Of a stretch of DNA of 64,000 nucleotides, positions 1 to 11,195 are shown one piece after another (positions within the stretch are counted from its first letter, which is position 1; every line of letters begins with the position of its first letter). Origin of the DNA: Trypanosoma brucei (lineage: Eukaryota). The DNA lies in contig AL929603.2 in assembly GCA_000002445.1 (NCBI GenBank), positions 192,001 through 256,000 of the forward strand, read 5' to 3'. The position numbers were made by a program, and so were the translations under genes. Below the pieces are notes generated by a model, which searched no databases, was not told where the DNA came from, and saw nothing but the letters and a program-made list of their open reading frames with translations.

Positions 1-375
1 GTGCACCAGGTACGCGCGCCACCACGGGGAGTCCACCCCTGATGTGACACTGTCAAGGAATTGCACAGTGTACACGTGGACATCGCTGTATTCTCCCGAT
101 AGCGATCACCATCACATATTTTTCGACGTTATCGTTGGAGACGACACAGATGCACTGAGTTGCCCGCGGCTTCGAAAGCCCATGTACGCATGGCTAAAAG
201 CTAACTGGAGGAATTTCCGTCTCAAGGTTGACGAGCTCTGCAGGAAAATTGGTAGAGAGAAGAACGTCAACACCCTGGAACAGAAATTGAGCTCCGCCAT
301 CCGCATTGGACACCTGCGCTCGCGAAACTCGATGAAGAGATCGCTGGATGCGGACCCTCCCGCCGAAGGGAAAAG

Positions 376-3300
376 TTGGTAGCCACGCGTAAGCAGATCC
401 TGGACCGTACCCCAAAGAAGAGATGGAGCACGCTATGCTCCAGACTTGCGGTGTCAGACCGCTGCAGTTGGCACATTGTCAAGAAGGTATATGCGCCACG
501 ACCACTAACAACACCGGCTGTACTTGTAGATAACGCGGCCATCACGGACTACCGTCAAGCTGAGAGGTTCAGTAAACTGTACTCGTCCCGCGCAAGAAGG
601 CACCCCGACTCACACCCACCGGCACCAATAAAGACGATAGCGAGTGAGTTCAGTCCCATCACGATGGCTGAACTACGGAGATCGATCAAACTGCTACCGA
701 GTGGATCCGCAGCCGGACCTGATTGCTTATACAACGAGGCACTGCAACATCTCTGTAGAACAGCGCTGAATGTTGTTCTGAGGCTATTCAATGAGAGCCT
801 ACGAACGGGAGTCGTGCCGCCTGCATGGAAGACTGGTGTTATCATCCCCATCCTGAAGGCCGGAAAAAAGGCGGAGGACCTCGATTCTTACAGGCCAGTG
901 ACGCTCACGAGCTGTCTCTGCAAAGTCATGGAGCGCATAATTGCCGCGAGACTTAGAGACACTGTTGAGTCCCAGCTGACGCCGCAGCAATCAGGCTTTC
1001 GCCCCGGATGCTCAACGCTCGAACAACTCCTGCACGTCCGCGCTGCCCTCTGCCGTCCCACGCACCAATATCGTACGGGTGCTGTATTCGTCGACTACGA
1101 GAAGGCATTTGATACAGTAGACCACGACAAAATTGCGAGGGAAATGCACAGAATGAAGGTATCACCCCACATTGTGAAGTGGTGCGTATCATTTCTGAGT
1201 AACCGAACTGGCAGAGTGAGATTCAAGGAGAAGCTTTCCAGAAGCAGAACATTTGAGCGAGGAGTGCCACAAGGAACTGTCCTTGGCCCAATCATGTTCA
1301 TTATTGTCATGAACTCGTTGAGCCAACGCCTTGCAGAAGTGCCGTTACTGCAGCACGGATTCTTTGCAGACGACCTAACGCTACTTGCGAGGCACACAGA
1401 AAGGGATGTCATCAACCACACACTACAATGCGGCCTAAACGTGGTGTTACAGTGGTCAAAAGAGTACTTCATGTCTGTCAACGTAGCGAAAACAAAGTGC
1501 ACACTCTTCGGGTGTATAGAGCGCCACCCCCTTACGTTGCAACTGGACGGCGAAAGAATAGGAGCTGACAGGACACCGAAGCTTCTAGGAGTAACATTCC
1601 AGTGTCTGCAGGGGATGGCAACACATGCGGCCGAAACGAGACGCAAGATGGACTTCCGACTACTGCAGATAGCAGCCATCTCAGCTTCTACATGGGGGCC
1701 AAGACGACAAGTACTGAGAGCTTTTTATCTAGCACTCGTACAGGCACACACCATGTATGGCATTGAGGTATGGTACTGGGACGCTTCGGAACGAAGTCGC
1801 GACCTCCTTGCATCAGCACAACACAAAGCCAGTCGCATCATAGCCGGCATACCGCATGGGACGCGCAAAGAGGACTCTCTGCTGGAAGCAAACCTCCTGC
1901 CACTCAAGACGACCACCCTTGTGCGCAGCATGAAATTCATGCTGATGTGTGAGTCACGAGGCGGATGTTTGCGGCGCAGTGCTGAAGAAGTATACCACAG
2001 CAAACACCCAGTCAGAGTCCTACATTCCCGCATCATGCGGTCCTACCCCCACCTCCGCATTGAGCCACGCGAGCACCCACTAGAGACATCGACGCTCCGC
2101 CACAGCTGCCGACCGATATTTCACACGCAGATAAAGCCTGTGTGCGCTGATGACCCTGACGATGTCAAAAGGGAGGTTTCCGAAAAGTGGATTGAACGGC
2201 ATTTTGCACGGAGGGGGAAGGAGCCACCGCGGCGAGAGCACTACGAATTGTGGACTGATGGATCCGTGTCCCTCGGTGAGAAGTCCGGAGCAGCTGCCCT
2301 GCTCTACAGAAGCAACACGCTGATTTGCGCACCCAAAACTGGAGCAGGGGAACTCTCATGCAGTTACAGAGCGGAATGCGTAGCATTAGAGATAGGACTG
2401 CAACGGCTGCTGAAATGGCTTCCGGCATACAGAAGCACACCGAGCAGGTTGTCCATCTTCTCTGACTCGCTGTCAATGTTAACAGCACTGCAGACAGGCC
2501 CCCTAGCCGTAACTGACCCAATTCTGAGACGACTATGGAGGCTTCTGCTTCAAGTTCAGAGAAGGAAGGTGCGTATCCGACTGCAATTTGTGTTTGGCCA
2601 TTGTGGCGTGAAACGGAATGAGGTTTGCGATGAAATGGCCAAAAAGGTCGCAGATTTACCACAGTTGCGAGACACATGGATCCCCGACATCATTGCTTAT
2701 GCGAAGCGAGTGCTTAGGTCGGAAGAAGTCCATGAGAACACTCATAGGTTTGGTATCACGGGCAACCACTTTCCAACAAAACATAAGGAAGAACTGATGA
2801 GGGAAGAAGAAACGGCACTGGCACGCTTTCGGGTTGGGTCTTCAAGACAATATGGATGGATGTTGCGAAAGATCAACCCGAGTGTGCCTCCACAGTGCCG
2901 ATGGTGCAACCCGCAACATGCAGAGATAGGGCCAACAATACAAACAGCCCCACCTGTTGCGACACGCACTCTTCAGAGAACCTCCGAACCGACCAAATGT
3001 ACGGAATGTGATGCCACATACCAATGCCGCTCGAGTGCTGTAACGCATATGGTAAACAAACATGGCTTTGTGCGAGCTGATGCCCTCCGGAGGATCAAAT
3101 ACGGCGATGCAACACCTGCAGTGGATATCCCCCCGGAGCCCCCTCCAGTGGTGGCGATCGTTCCCCTACCATCGTGCACACGAGTCCCGATGAGACCGCA
3201 GGTGCTTCATTGTACCATCTGTGCCTCCAAATTCGCAGTGCCAGGCAGACTACTACACCACCTTAGAACAATACATGGCATAGGCAGCGGCAGTTGCCGC

Positions 3301-4158
3301 GTGAAAAGGGGGCGAGAGAACGAGGACTCAGTGCAAGGAGATGGTAAAGCCCCAGCAGCGCCAGCCTCTCAGGATACACGGAAGCTGCCGTTTCAATGTG
3401 ACCTGTGCGAGGCGAGCTTCGGTACACGTTCTTCCCTGACACTACACAAGAAATTCAAACATAAAAGCATAGTGACGGAGGACGGTACCGTGGTGTTGGT
3501 GCAATTCCCTCGTAAGCGTGCCCGTGAGGGAAACGTTGACGTCCCGGGGAAAGGCGAGGTGCAGTGCGGTGTGTGCCAAAAAGTGCTCAGTTGCAGGGAC
3601 TCCCTCATCCGACACTGTAAGGCTTTCCACAAAGGTGAGGGAGTCGAGCTTAAATGCAGCAAAAGCACAAAATTGTGTGCCACTGATTCCCCGCATACAA
3701 ACACATCCATGTTGGTGTGCCCGACATGCGGAAGGCAGTGTGCTAGCAAAACTGGCCTCACCCTACATCAAAAGAAGATGCACGGTATGAAGGTAGAGCG
3801 CGCTGTTACCAGCCAACGCGGCGACTGCGAAGAAACGTCGCTGCACTTGATGAGCTGTCCCGGTTTGAAGGAGTTACGTGTCAGATTTGCGGTAGAAGGT
3901 GAGTGTGTGCAGGATGTATGTTTCTCCAAAAGGCTGGCGCAGTTTCTCATTGCGGTTGAACGGAGCCGGCCGCAGGTGAAGTCCTCACCTAAGGTAACAG
4001 TCATACAACCCACTCTCCCTTCTGCAACTTCCCCCCTTATTGCCGAGTGTGGAGCCAGCAGGAAAAGCACCGGACGCAGGAATAGTCCAGACACCCTCAG
4101 AGACAGAGGAGGTATGCAGTCAACAAGCAACAGAAACAGAAAGAGGGGGAGAGAATAA
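376..4158 (+). pseudogene. ingi polyprotein ORF (RT, RNase H, C2H2 zinc fingers); upstream segment 44..382 is in another frame, so the element is frameshifted and non-autonomous
   Basis: 1260-aa ORF with domain order typical of ingi/L1Tc. Adjacent ORF 44..382 overlaps it in a different frame, implying a frameshift near 376-382. Confidence 0.8.
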
Positions 4159-4423
4159 TAAACGAATAACAAAAATCAAAACAAAAGGATTGCTAATTGA
4201 CATCTTTGGGAGAGTCCGGGGTGAGGGGGGCTTCTCGCCCCATCTACTGTATTCCGTTCAACTGCGGAGCTACAACAAAAATTATAGAGGGTGTGTTAGG
4301 ATGAATAAAAAAGGGAGACTCTGCCACAGTCGCCAGACCGATAGCATCTCAGGGCTCTACGGTGATGGCTGATGGCCGCGCCAGTTGGGAGAAACTCTCA
4401 CGAAGGCACGAAGAAAATTCTAA

Positions 4424-4436
4424 AAAAAAAAAAATG
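4424..4436 (+). repeat. poly(A) tail of the plus-strand ingi
   Basis: A13 immediately after the RIME-like 3' sequence; abrupt change of sequence identity at 4437. Confidence 0.8.
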
Positions 4437-5090
4437 AGCTGGGCACCGTCAGTTGTCAGAAGCGTATCTATGTCAGTTGCCGTGAAGGTGTGTTTTGGTG
4501 GGATGTATGCCGACGTGACAGTCAGCGCCGTTCCACGTGCAAGGTGAATTGTTGCATGCACTTTTTCAATGCGACCAACAACGGCCATACCGGTCTCGAC
4601 TGGTAGGTCCTCCCTCACTAGTATTGATACACCACCTCCTTTGCAGTTACGAGCTATTCCGCGATGTTGGTAACCAGCAACGCTAAAGCAAGCCGCCTCT
4701 CCAGGCGTCATCCTTGTCTCGCTCAACAGACAAAAGGCGATCCGCTCATCAACAAGGGTTTTGTGGAGTGCTAATCTCTTTCCTTGAGATAGCCCGGCGC
4801 AGTTCCACTGCATCCCGCGCAACGACGGGCCGGGATTCTCTTCCACATCACCGGACAGCAGCATCTTAGTGCGGATGATATACTGCTGATGGCACGCTGG
4901 CACGTGCCCAGGGACCGACAAATGAAAAACGGTGTCCCAGCAAGACGCTGCTGATCCCTGTGCTGTATGATGCCGTAGCCGGAGCACAGCAGTGTTCCCT
5001 ATGGGAATAACGCTGCTGGCTCTTGGCTTCCCCCGATGATACGGGGTACTGGACCCTGGCACCACGTTGAGGTGGCCGGCATCGCCAGGG
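4437..5090 (-). mobile_element. 5' ~650 bp of a second ingi/RIME-family element in inverted orientation (Pr77 hallmark, 2A-like peptide, N-terminal AP-endonuclease), truncated by the nested plus-strand ingi
   Basis: Reverse complement of 5011-5090 reads CCCTGGCGATGCCGGCCACCTCAACGTGGTGCCAGGGTCCAGTACCCCGTATCATCGGGGGAAGCCAAGAGCCAGCAGCG, the conserved 5' hallmark of ingi/RIME/L1Tc. Minus-strand translation gives ...LLSGDVEENPGPSLRGMQWNCAGLSQGKRLALHK... (2A-like, then APE start). Confidence 0.85.
5011..5090 (-). promoter_or_regulatory. Pr77-like 5' hallmark of ingi/RIME (described as an internal promoter in L1Tc)
   Basis: Near-exact match, from memory, to the conserved ~77-80 nt 5' signature shared by trypanosomatid ingi/L1Tc-clade elements. 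The element 5' terminus CCCTGG lies at 5085-5090 on the minus strand. Confidence 0.6.
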
Positions 5091-6050
5091 AGAAGCGGCG
5101 AAAAGAGGCGACCCCAAGAAGGCGGATGTAGCAGAGAGCACCCTCGATCAAAGGAGCAAGCTCTGCACGAGGAACGGAAACAAAGACCAGGTGTAGCCTT
5201 GGATGGGGACCTTACGTGTCTGCTCTGCTCAAACCCAGAACGGCAACCTCTGCGGAGGCACAACGGGGGCCGGAACGTATGGCAAAGGCGGCACAGACAC
5301 GGCAGCGCAGGCACTAAAAGTGTGGGAAACAATCAAACCACTCTGTGAAGCGGCAGCGGTGGAACTGGAAACCACGGAACCGGCGATAACAACATGTATT
5401 CCCGGTTTTAAGGCCGCCCTCGGTGCCGGAATAACCGCAGCCGGCGACAGCGCGCTAAAGCTAGGCAACGGCGCAGCAACAACATGGTGCAATGACGCGG
5501 ATTCAGCTTCAGCATGCGTAGAATACATCCAAAAGGCAGCCGAAGGCGCGGTGGGGAAGATACTGCGCGTGAAACATGCAACTAGCCGCGGCTGCGCTTG
5601 CACAAGGGAAGTTGAGAGCAGCGCAACTAACGGCTGCACGAACGCAAATGCAGAAAGCAAGCTCAATAACATAGCGAAATTTGGAGCTTTCCCATTTTCT
5701 GCTGGCGGCTCCTGCCGCCAGCAGCGCAACAGCAAAACTTGACACAGCAACCGAAGGAGGCTGCAACAAACACACAAAAAAATGAATGCAATGACCCCTG
5801 CAAATGGGAAGAGGATGCGGCTGACAAAGACAAAAACTGCTCATTAGACACCAAAAAGGCAGCAGAACAACAAGCAACCCAAGCAGGAAAAGGAGGGAAG
5901 ACTTCAAAGTGCTCCAATAAGAAAGCTGAGGCCGAGTGTAAATCTCCGGGTTGTAAGTGGGATGGAAACACTTGCAAGAATTTCAGTTTCCTTGTAAAGA
6001 ATTTTGCCCTGAGTATGGCTGCTGCCTTTATCAACTTGGTAGTATTTTAA
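5091..6050 (+). pseudogene. VSG (variant surface glycoprotein) 3' fragment: end of N-terminal domain, cysteine-rich C-terminal domain and GPI-anchor signal. N-terminal part missing, internal frameshift near 5740
   Basis: ORF 5739..6050 encodes ...CNDPCKWEEDAADKDKNCS...CKSPGCKWDGNTCKNFSFLVKNFALSMAAAFINLVVF*, the classic T. brucei VSG C-terminal domain plus hydrophobic GPI signal (compare ...CKDSSILVTKKFALTVVSAAFVALLF). Upstream ORF 5203..5742 is in a different frame with a stop at 5194. The fragment abuts an ingi 5' end at 5090. Confidence 0.8.
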
Positions 6051-6086
6051 GAATTCTTGCTCAATTTTGGTGAATAAAAAAAATCC

Positions 6087-7320
6087 CTTGGTGACGCCGG
6101 CCACCTCATCGTTTTTACAGGGTCTAGTACTTCGTCTAGGAGAAATCCGAGTGCCCGCATCATACCCTGTCCCACATAATTGGACCAAACAACAGGCTTT
6201 CGGTGACGAGAGAAGGAGCAAGCAGCGGTATCATCGGCACTCTGGGGTGAAGAAATATATTAAAGTGCATCTCTGCAAGTGCACACGTGCCTCGATTGGT
6301 ATACATAGGCTTTTACTACTTAAGGGAGATGTGGAACATAATCCCTGCCATATGATTCGTGGAGCCCAGTGGAACAATGGGCCGTTACCTCAGGTACAAC
6401 GACTCGCCTTGAAGAAGAAGCTCCACGAGGATTGTATGCTATTTTGTCTGATGCAGGACGATTCACTCGGCTCCAGCGGAATATACTGCATTAAAAATCA
6501 GTGGGCACCAGCACATGGGGATGTCACGCTCTCCACATGATTGTGTGGTATCAATTTCAGTAAGAGATAGGGTGGAAGTAGAAATGGGACAGATGGAAAA
6601 AGGAGTACTAGAAAGAGTCTCGGCAACGTTTATATTTTCAGCTGATGTAAAATTGACAGTCACTTCAGTTTACTCTCCTGGAAAATCGATGGTTTCAAAA
6701 ACATAATTGGAACAATTAGCGGTAGAAGGCGGTCCTCTTGTAGTAGGGGCAGATTTCAACTCACGTCATGAACTGTGGGACCCACCGCAGAATAATGACA
6801 ACAAAGGGGAATGTATTGTGTATTGGTGTATCGAGAACGATACTAAGATAGCAAACACCAGAAAAGAAACCCGTCGCCAGGTGGGAACGGCTGTATTGCC
6901 TTAAACAGACATCGCAATGTACAGACGGTGAGGTATTAAATTGGAAAATTACACTGAGTCCTGATAGCGACCATTTTTGGGTCACTTTTGGCGTTTTTGC
7001 GAGTTGTGGTGCAGAGGTGATCGCACCCTCAAAACCTGCCAGGGCTTTATACGCGTTGGAATAAAGCGCATCGTAATAACTTCAGGACGGTTAGTGATAC
7101 TTTCATTTTCAACAAGACTAAAGAAAAAATAAAGGATGCGGATGCACTAAATAAGGCCATCAGGAGAAGCACAAGGCAAGCGGCCAAGAAAACCATACCA
7201 AAGGATAAAGGTGTAGCACCGCCTTTCCGGACAAAGGAATTAAAAAAATAAGATAGGCAGATAAAGAAGTGTCGGGATGGACGTGGGAGAGACGTGCTGA
7301 TTGGATGAAGAAAGAAGGCA
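6087..7320 (+). mobile_element. Degenerate ingi-related element (DIRE-like) 5' fragment: degenerate Pr77, degenerate 2A, decayed AP-endonuclease
   Basis: 6087-6140 cccttggtgacgccggccacctcatcgtttttacagggtctagtacttcgt aligns to the Pr77 hallmark with many mismatches. ORF 6067..6540 has LLLKGDVEHNPCHMIRGAQWNNGPLPQVQRLALKKKLHEDCMLFCL (degenerate DVEENPGP plus APE start). 6707..6904 carries GADFNSRHELWDPP (APE motif). Multiple frameshifts and stops; the signal fades by ~7320. Confidence 0.65.
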
Positions 7321-10300
7321 ATGTATATTACACTTTACACTCAAGTATAAGTAACTGCAATATAAGATGTTGTGCATCGTTAGTTATCACTACCCATTGG
7401 ACAAAATAATAAAGAAATTAATTGTATCACGTGTGTTCTCCCTTAGTGTCTCCTTCACGAAGGAAAATGCAGTGATAACGTTGTTTGTTTATTATGTGTA
7501 AACTTAGTGTAAGCTAACGTAAGTAAATAAACAAATGGATATAGAAATAAGCAAATTAATAACGGGCAACTAATCAAGAGACGCGTCATCGCAACATACC
7601 ACTCTAATAACTAATAAGAAAAAATAGACGTGTTTACAAAATAATGGATATGAAACGAGTATGTGTAACAAAAACTGATGTTATTTTTTTTCGGTGACAT
7701 ATAGTGGCACGATTAATATACAATCACAAGCACTGAGGTCAAAGGTGCTCAAGTTCGACAATCATCCTGTTGTTTGTATCCGCGTATATTTTTAAGTGTC
7801 TTTTTATATCTTACAGATAATACTTCACAAAAAAATCATATTCTATTATTTGATGCAAAGTCAAAATAAATTCTCTTTATTCACACTTCACAACCATTTC
7901 CTTTAATTCCACAACTTATATGCTCATGGAAGCTTGCCTAATGTTTCAGTTGCTTCACTTCTCTCTTCATTCGTGGTGACATGTCAACAAAACACATGTG
8001 CGCTTGACTGCTTCTCATAATAAATGAAAGTAGATAAATACATATGATTTGTACAACTTCAGACACTTTAGGAAGGATTTCTCATATTTAATCACATCAA
8101 ACAATTATAATTTGATCTCACTGTGCGCTCTTATGACGAAGAAAATATACATCATAAGTGAAGAAAAGCATGAGCATATCTGTTATGATTTGAATAACGC
8201 ACTCTTATGTATCATAACTATCATTTGCATTTTAACGAATCGATTTGTCAAGTTTCATGCACGCACCTCTATGCCGTTTCATATGTTTGCATTGGGTGAC
8301 TGCAAGAGTTTCATGACTGTAACCGCAGCAAAATAAATAACGTATTGGAAAAAATGTATAATTCCAGGCTGAACAGGTGCTTTCTTCGAAGTGTTTGCAT
8401 TTGAATGCATGTGATGTGGAATACGATGCTTTGAGCACTATTAACTTCAAAAGGATGTTGAATGAATCTTATGAATCACCACCGTCTCCGAAGATACATT
8501 GATAAGTTCACTGTTTCTATGCAATAAGAAGCAGTCAGTACTGTCGCTTCACAATATTTCTTGACTTAACGGAAATCTATTATGCAACACAAAAATAATG
8601 TTTCAGTTGTTACACACAATAAACTACTTTTGTTATTTTTTCCAATAAAAATGCAACACCACTAGAGAGGATGATAATCATAGAGATTATATGAATATTC
8701 GCTTTTTCATATGTTCGTTGAAATATAAAAACAAATGAGGACCGCCTTTGTCAGAAAAACCATGACATGTTTAGAGGAAGAAAACGGAGGTATAAAAATT
8801 ATGAGAGTAAGAATAGATGCGACATTCAAATTATCGTTAATTCCGTTGTGATATATGAAAAATATAATTAGTCCAGTTGATTCAATATATAAGCAGATAG
8901 AGTTTGGATGATACCACACACAAAAAAGTTCCCTCGCCATTATATGTTTTATGAGGTGTGGAATGTGAATTAAAAAATGGGAAACATATTTTGAGTCCGA
9001 AAGAAATTATTTTGTGTGTATATGTGTAAATTTGTATGTGTGTTACGGATATTGTGTAACACCATAAGTGCCATACTGTTGAAACTCCATGAACATGCGT
9101 CACGAGTCCTGCAGTTCTATTGGGCAACACATGCATTTATCAAAATAAGAGAAACGAGTGCATAAATAACTGATGACATAACGAACAAAAATCAAAATAG
9201 ACCACGAGACACACATGCACACAAACAATGACATTAATTTATTAACTGTCAAATTTAGGCCTGTGCCCTTCATTAATAGAGTAAAAATTACAAAATAGGA
9301 TAATGAATAAAAATATTGAGATTCGTTGTGCACAACAAAAGGTGGCACAACTCATCGTGTAATGTTGCATCATGGGGGTTCCCTTTGAAAATTAACACAG
9401 TTCCTCTTCATTCTGATAGTTTGCATGGATTGTTGTGAAAACATTGCGAAGTGGCGCATTTCTACAGGCATCAGGCGGCATCACTTTCCTTTTTCTTCCT
9501 TGTGCAAATAATACCGCTGATATCACACTTGCAAATTGCTCATGAAGAGCTGAAGAGGAAACAGAGGTATCCCAGAAAGATGCGGTTGACCGCCCCCCCC
9601 CCCCGCCCGAAGCAACTTCATATATTTTATTTTCCCACAATCTTTCAAAACACTTGGGAGGCACGAAAAGGCCGACTCAGCGGTTAATTGATTCACAAAA
9701 TGTTTATCGTCACTGAATCGCTTGCATGAAATGTCTTTTGCAGGTTTTTGCAGAGCTGGCAGGGTTGGCCACGGGCAAAAAATAAAAATAAAAAATCCTC
9801 CTTTACCATATCATTACAGTGCTTTGCTTTTCCAACATAAACCATACTCCACTTGAGGCACTACACCCGCAACAACAGTCAGTTCCAAACCGTGCGCAGT
9901 TTCAAAACACAAGTAAGACATAATCAAATGTTATAAAAATGCATACCGTTGTCTGTTATTGTAATTTGCAGTACTCGCATGCACGTGACGATTCATGAAA
10001 AGAACGGAAGTTAATTTTGGGGAAATATTTCTAAGGGCGGTTTTCAGAGTCTCATTTTCATCCACTCAATGTGGTGATCAGGAGGAACTAAGCGAATGGA
10101 GCGCTACGTTTATTGTGATATGTCAATTGCCTTTCCGCAGTAAAGATACGTGGGTTTAATAAAACAAAAAATAAAGAATGGAGGAAGTGGCATAATCAAA
10201 TTAGATGTAAAATCTCTGTGACCTACATAAATATTTAATTATTTATTCTTTAACACAGCGGCACTGCAGGCGAAGGAATGTGGTGATGAATTTGGTGCAC

Positions 10301-11100
10301 AGGCGAAACTGAGCAGAAAACATTACCGCATAAAAACTATTTTCTTCTTTAATGTTTTCGTGTAATGTTGAGTTTCGGTGATAATGTGTTTGTCTCTCTG
10401 GGAAGAAGCAGCGGCGCTGCACGTGACAAATTCTGACCAAAATCAACTAGCGAATCATATGCGCCTACGTCCTATTTTCCATCATCCTTCAATTGCAGAG
10501 TTTTACCAAAATAAATAAAGAGGTGGACAGGAACGAGGAAGGTTCAAAAAAAAAAAAAAACGTATCAAACACCACATTTGAAAGGACCATAAAATTACAC
10601 ACAAAACTCCGCGGTGATAACCAAAAATAGCTGCAGTAACTGTACGCACAGAAAAGGGATTGGGGAGGTGGCAGGGAACACACACACACACACGTAAAAA
10701 AGTAGATTTAGAAAAATATCACAAACTTATTCTGAGGTGAAAAAGAAAAAAGTCAAGAAAAAAAAAGCGCCAGTACGTCACTTCACTTGGGCTCACCATT
10801 TCGATAATGTCACCTCTTCACTATTATGAAAATAAATTAATTAATTAACAGTGTTTCCCCCTCCCCCCCCTCGACTGTAACACACAGGAAAGTGAAACAA
10901 CCACGGGATATAAGAGATGGTTGATAATTTATTGCATTCGCTTCACCAATAAGGGACCGTAAAACAACAACAACAACTAATTAGTACAAGCCAACTGCGG
11001 AAATAGGATGCCTGTACAGTATTAATTTTGTCCTCTTTGGTGTGGGGAAGAGGAAGGAGTGGGGATGTCATATTAAAAGCAAAACAACGCAACTGCAGCC
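7321..11100. other. AT-rich, ORF-free region (longest ORFs under 100 aa, low complexity) between the retroelement block and the 3'-most gene of the minus-strand polycistron
   Basis: Roughly 3.8 kb with GC visibly far below flanks, many A/T runs, and short poly-C (9588-9606, 10858-10872) and (AC)n (10679-10694) tracts. No tandem periodicity or tRNA-like structure seen. Confidence 0.6.
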
Positions 11101-11195
11101 GCTTGCATCATGGTTCCCCTTCCCCAAGTTTTGCGAGCACATGCGTGCGGAAGGCAGAAACATAACGACGTTACGCCACGCGTCAAGCCGCTGCT

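Larger units (their letters stand above)
1..4436 (+). mobile_element. ingi non-LTR retrotransposon, 3' ~4.4 kb (5' end lies left of the window), ending in a RIME-type 3' segment and poly(A) tail
   Basis: Long ORF with RT motifs (FADD, a YXDD variant, near 1370), an RNase H block (LWTDGSVSLGEKSGAAALLY near 2250) and several C2H2 fingers (CTECDATYQCRSSAVTHMVNKHGF, HCTICASKFAVPGRLLHHLRTIHG) at 2990-3800. The 3' end ...gaaaattct is followed by A13 at 4424-4436, and the sequence switches abruptly to unrelated sequence at 4437. Confidence 0.85.

Noticed and set aside
4040-4372. 110-aa plus-strand ORF overlapping the ingi 3' end
   Set aside because: Lies in the RIME-type 3' non-coding segment of ingi; low-complexity, no support.
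4349-5332. 327-aa minus-strand ORF
   Set aside because: Chimeric. It is only genuine ingi (2A plus APE) between 4437 and 5090. It reads through the reverse complement of the other ingi's poly(A) (FFF) at its 3' end and through antisense VSG sequence at its 5' end.
7321-9400. Possible centromeric repeat array (AT-rich DNA flanked by ingi/DIRE)
   Set aside because: T. brucei centromeres are tandem arrays of AT-rich ~147-bp units. Reading through this region I see no tandem periodicity, only unique AT-rich sequence. It is kept as a terminator/boundary candidate instead.
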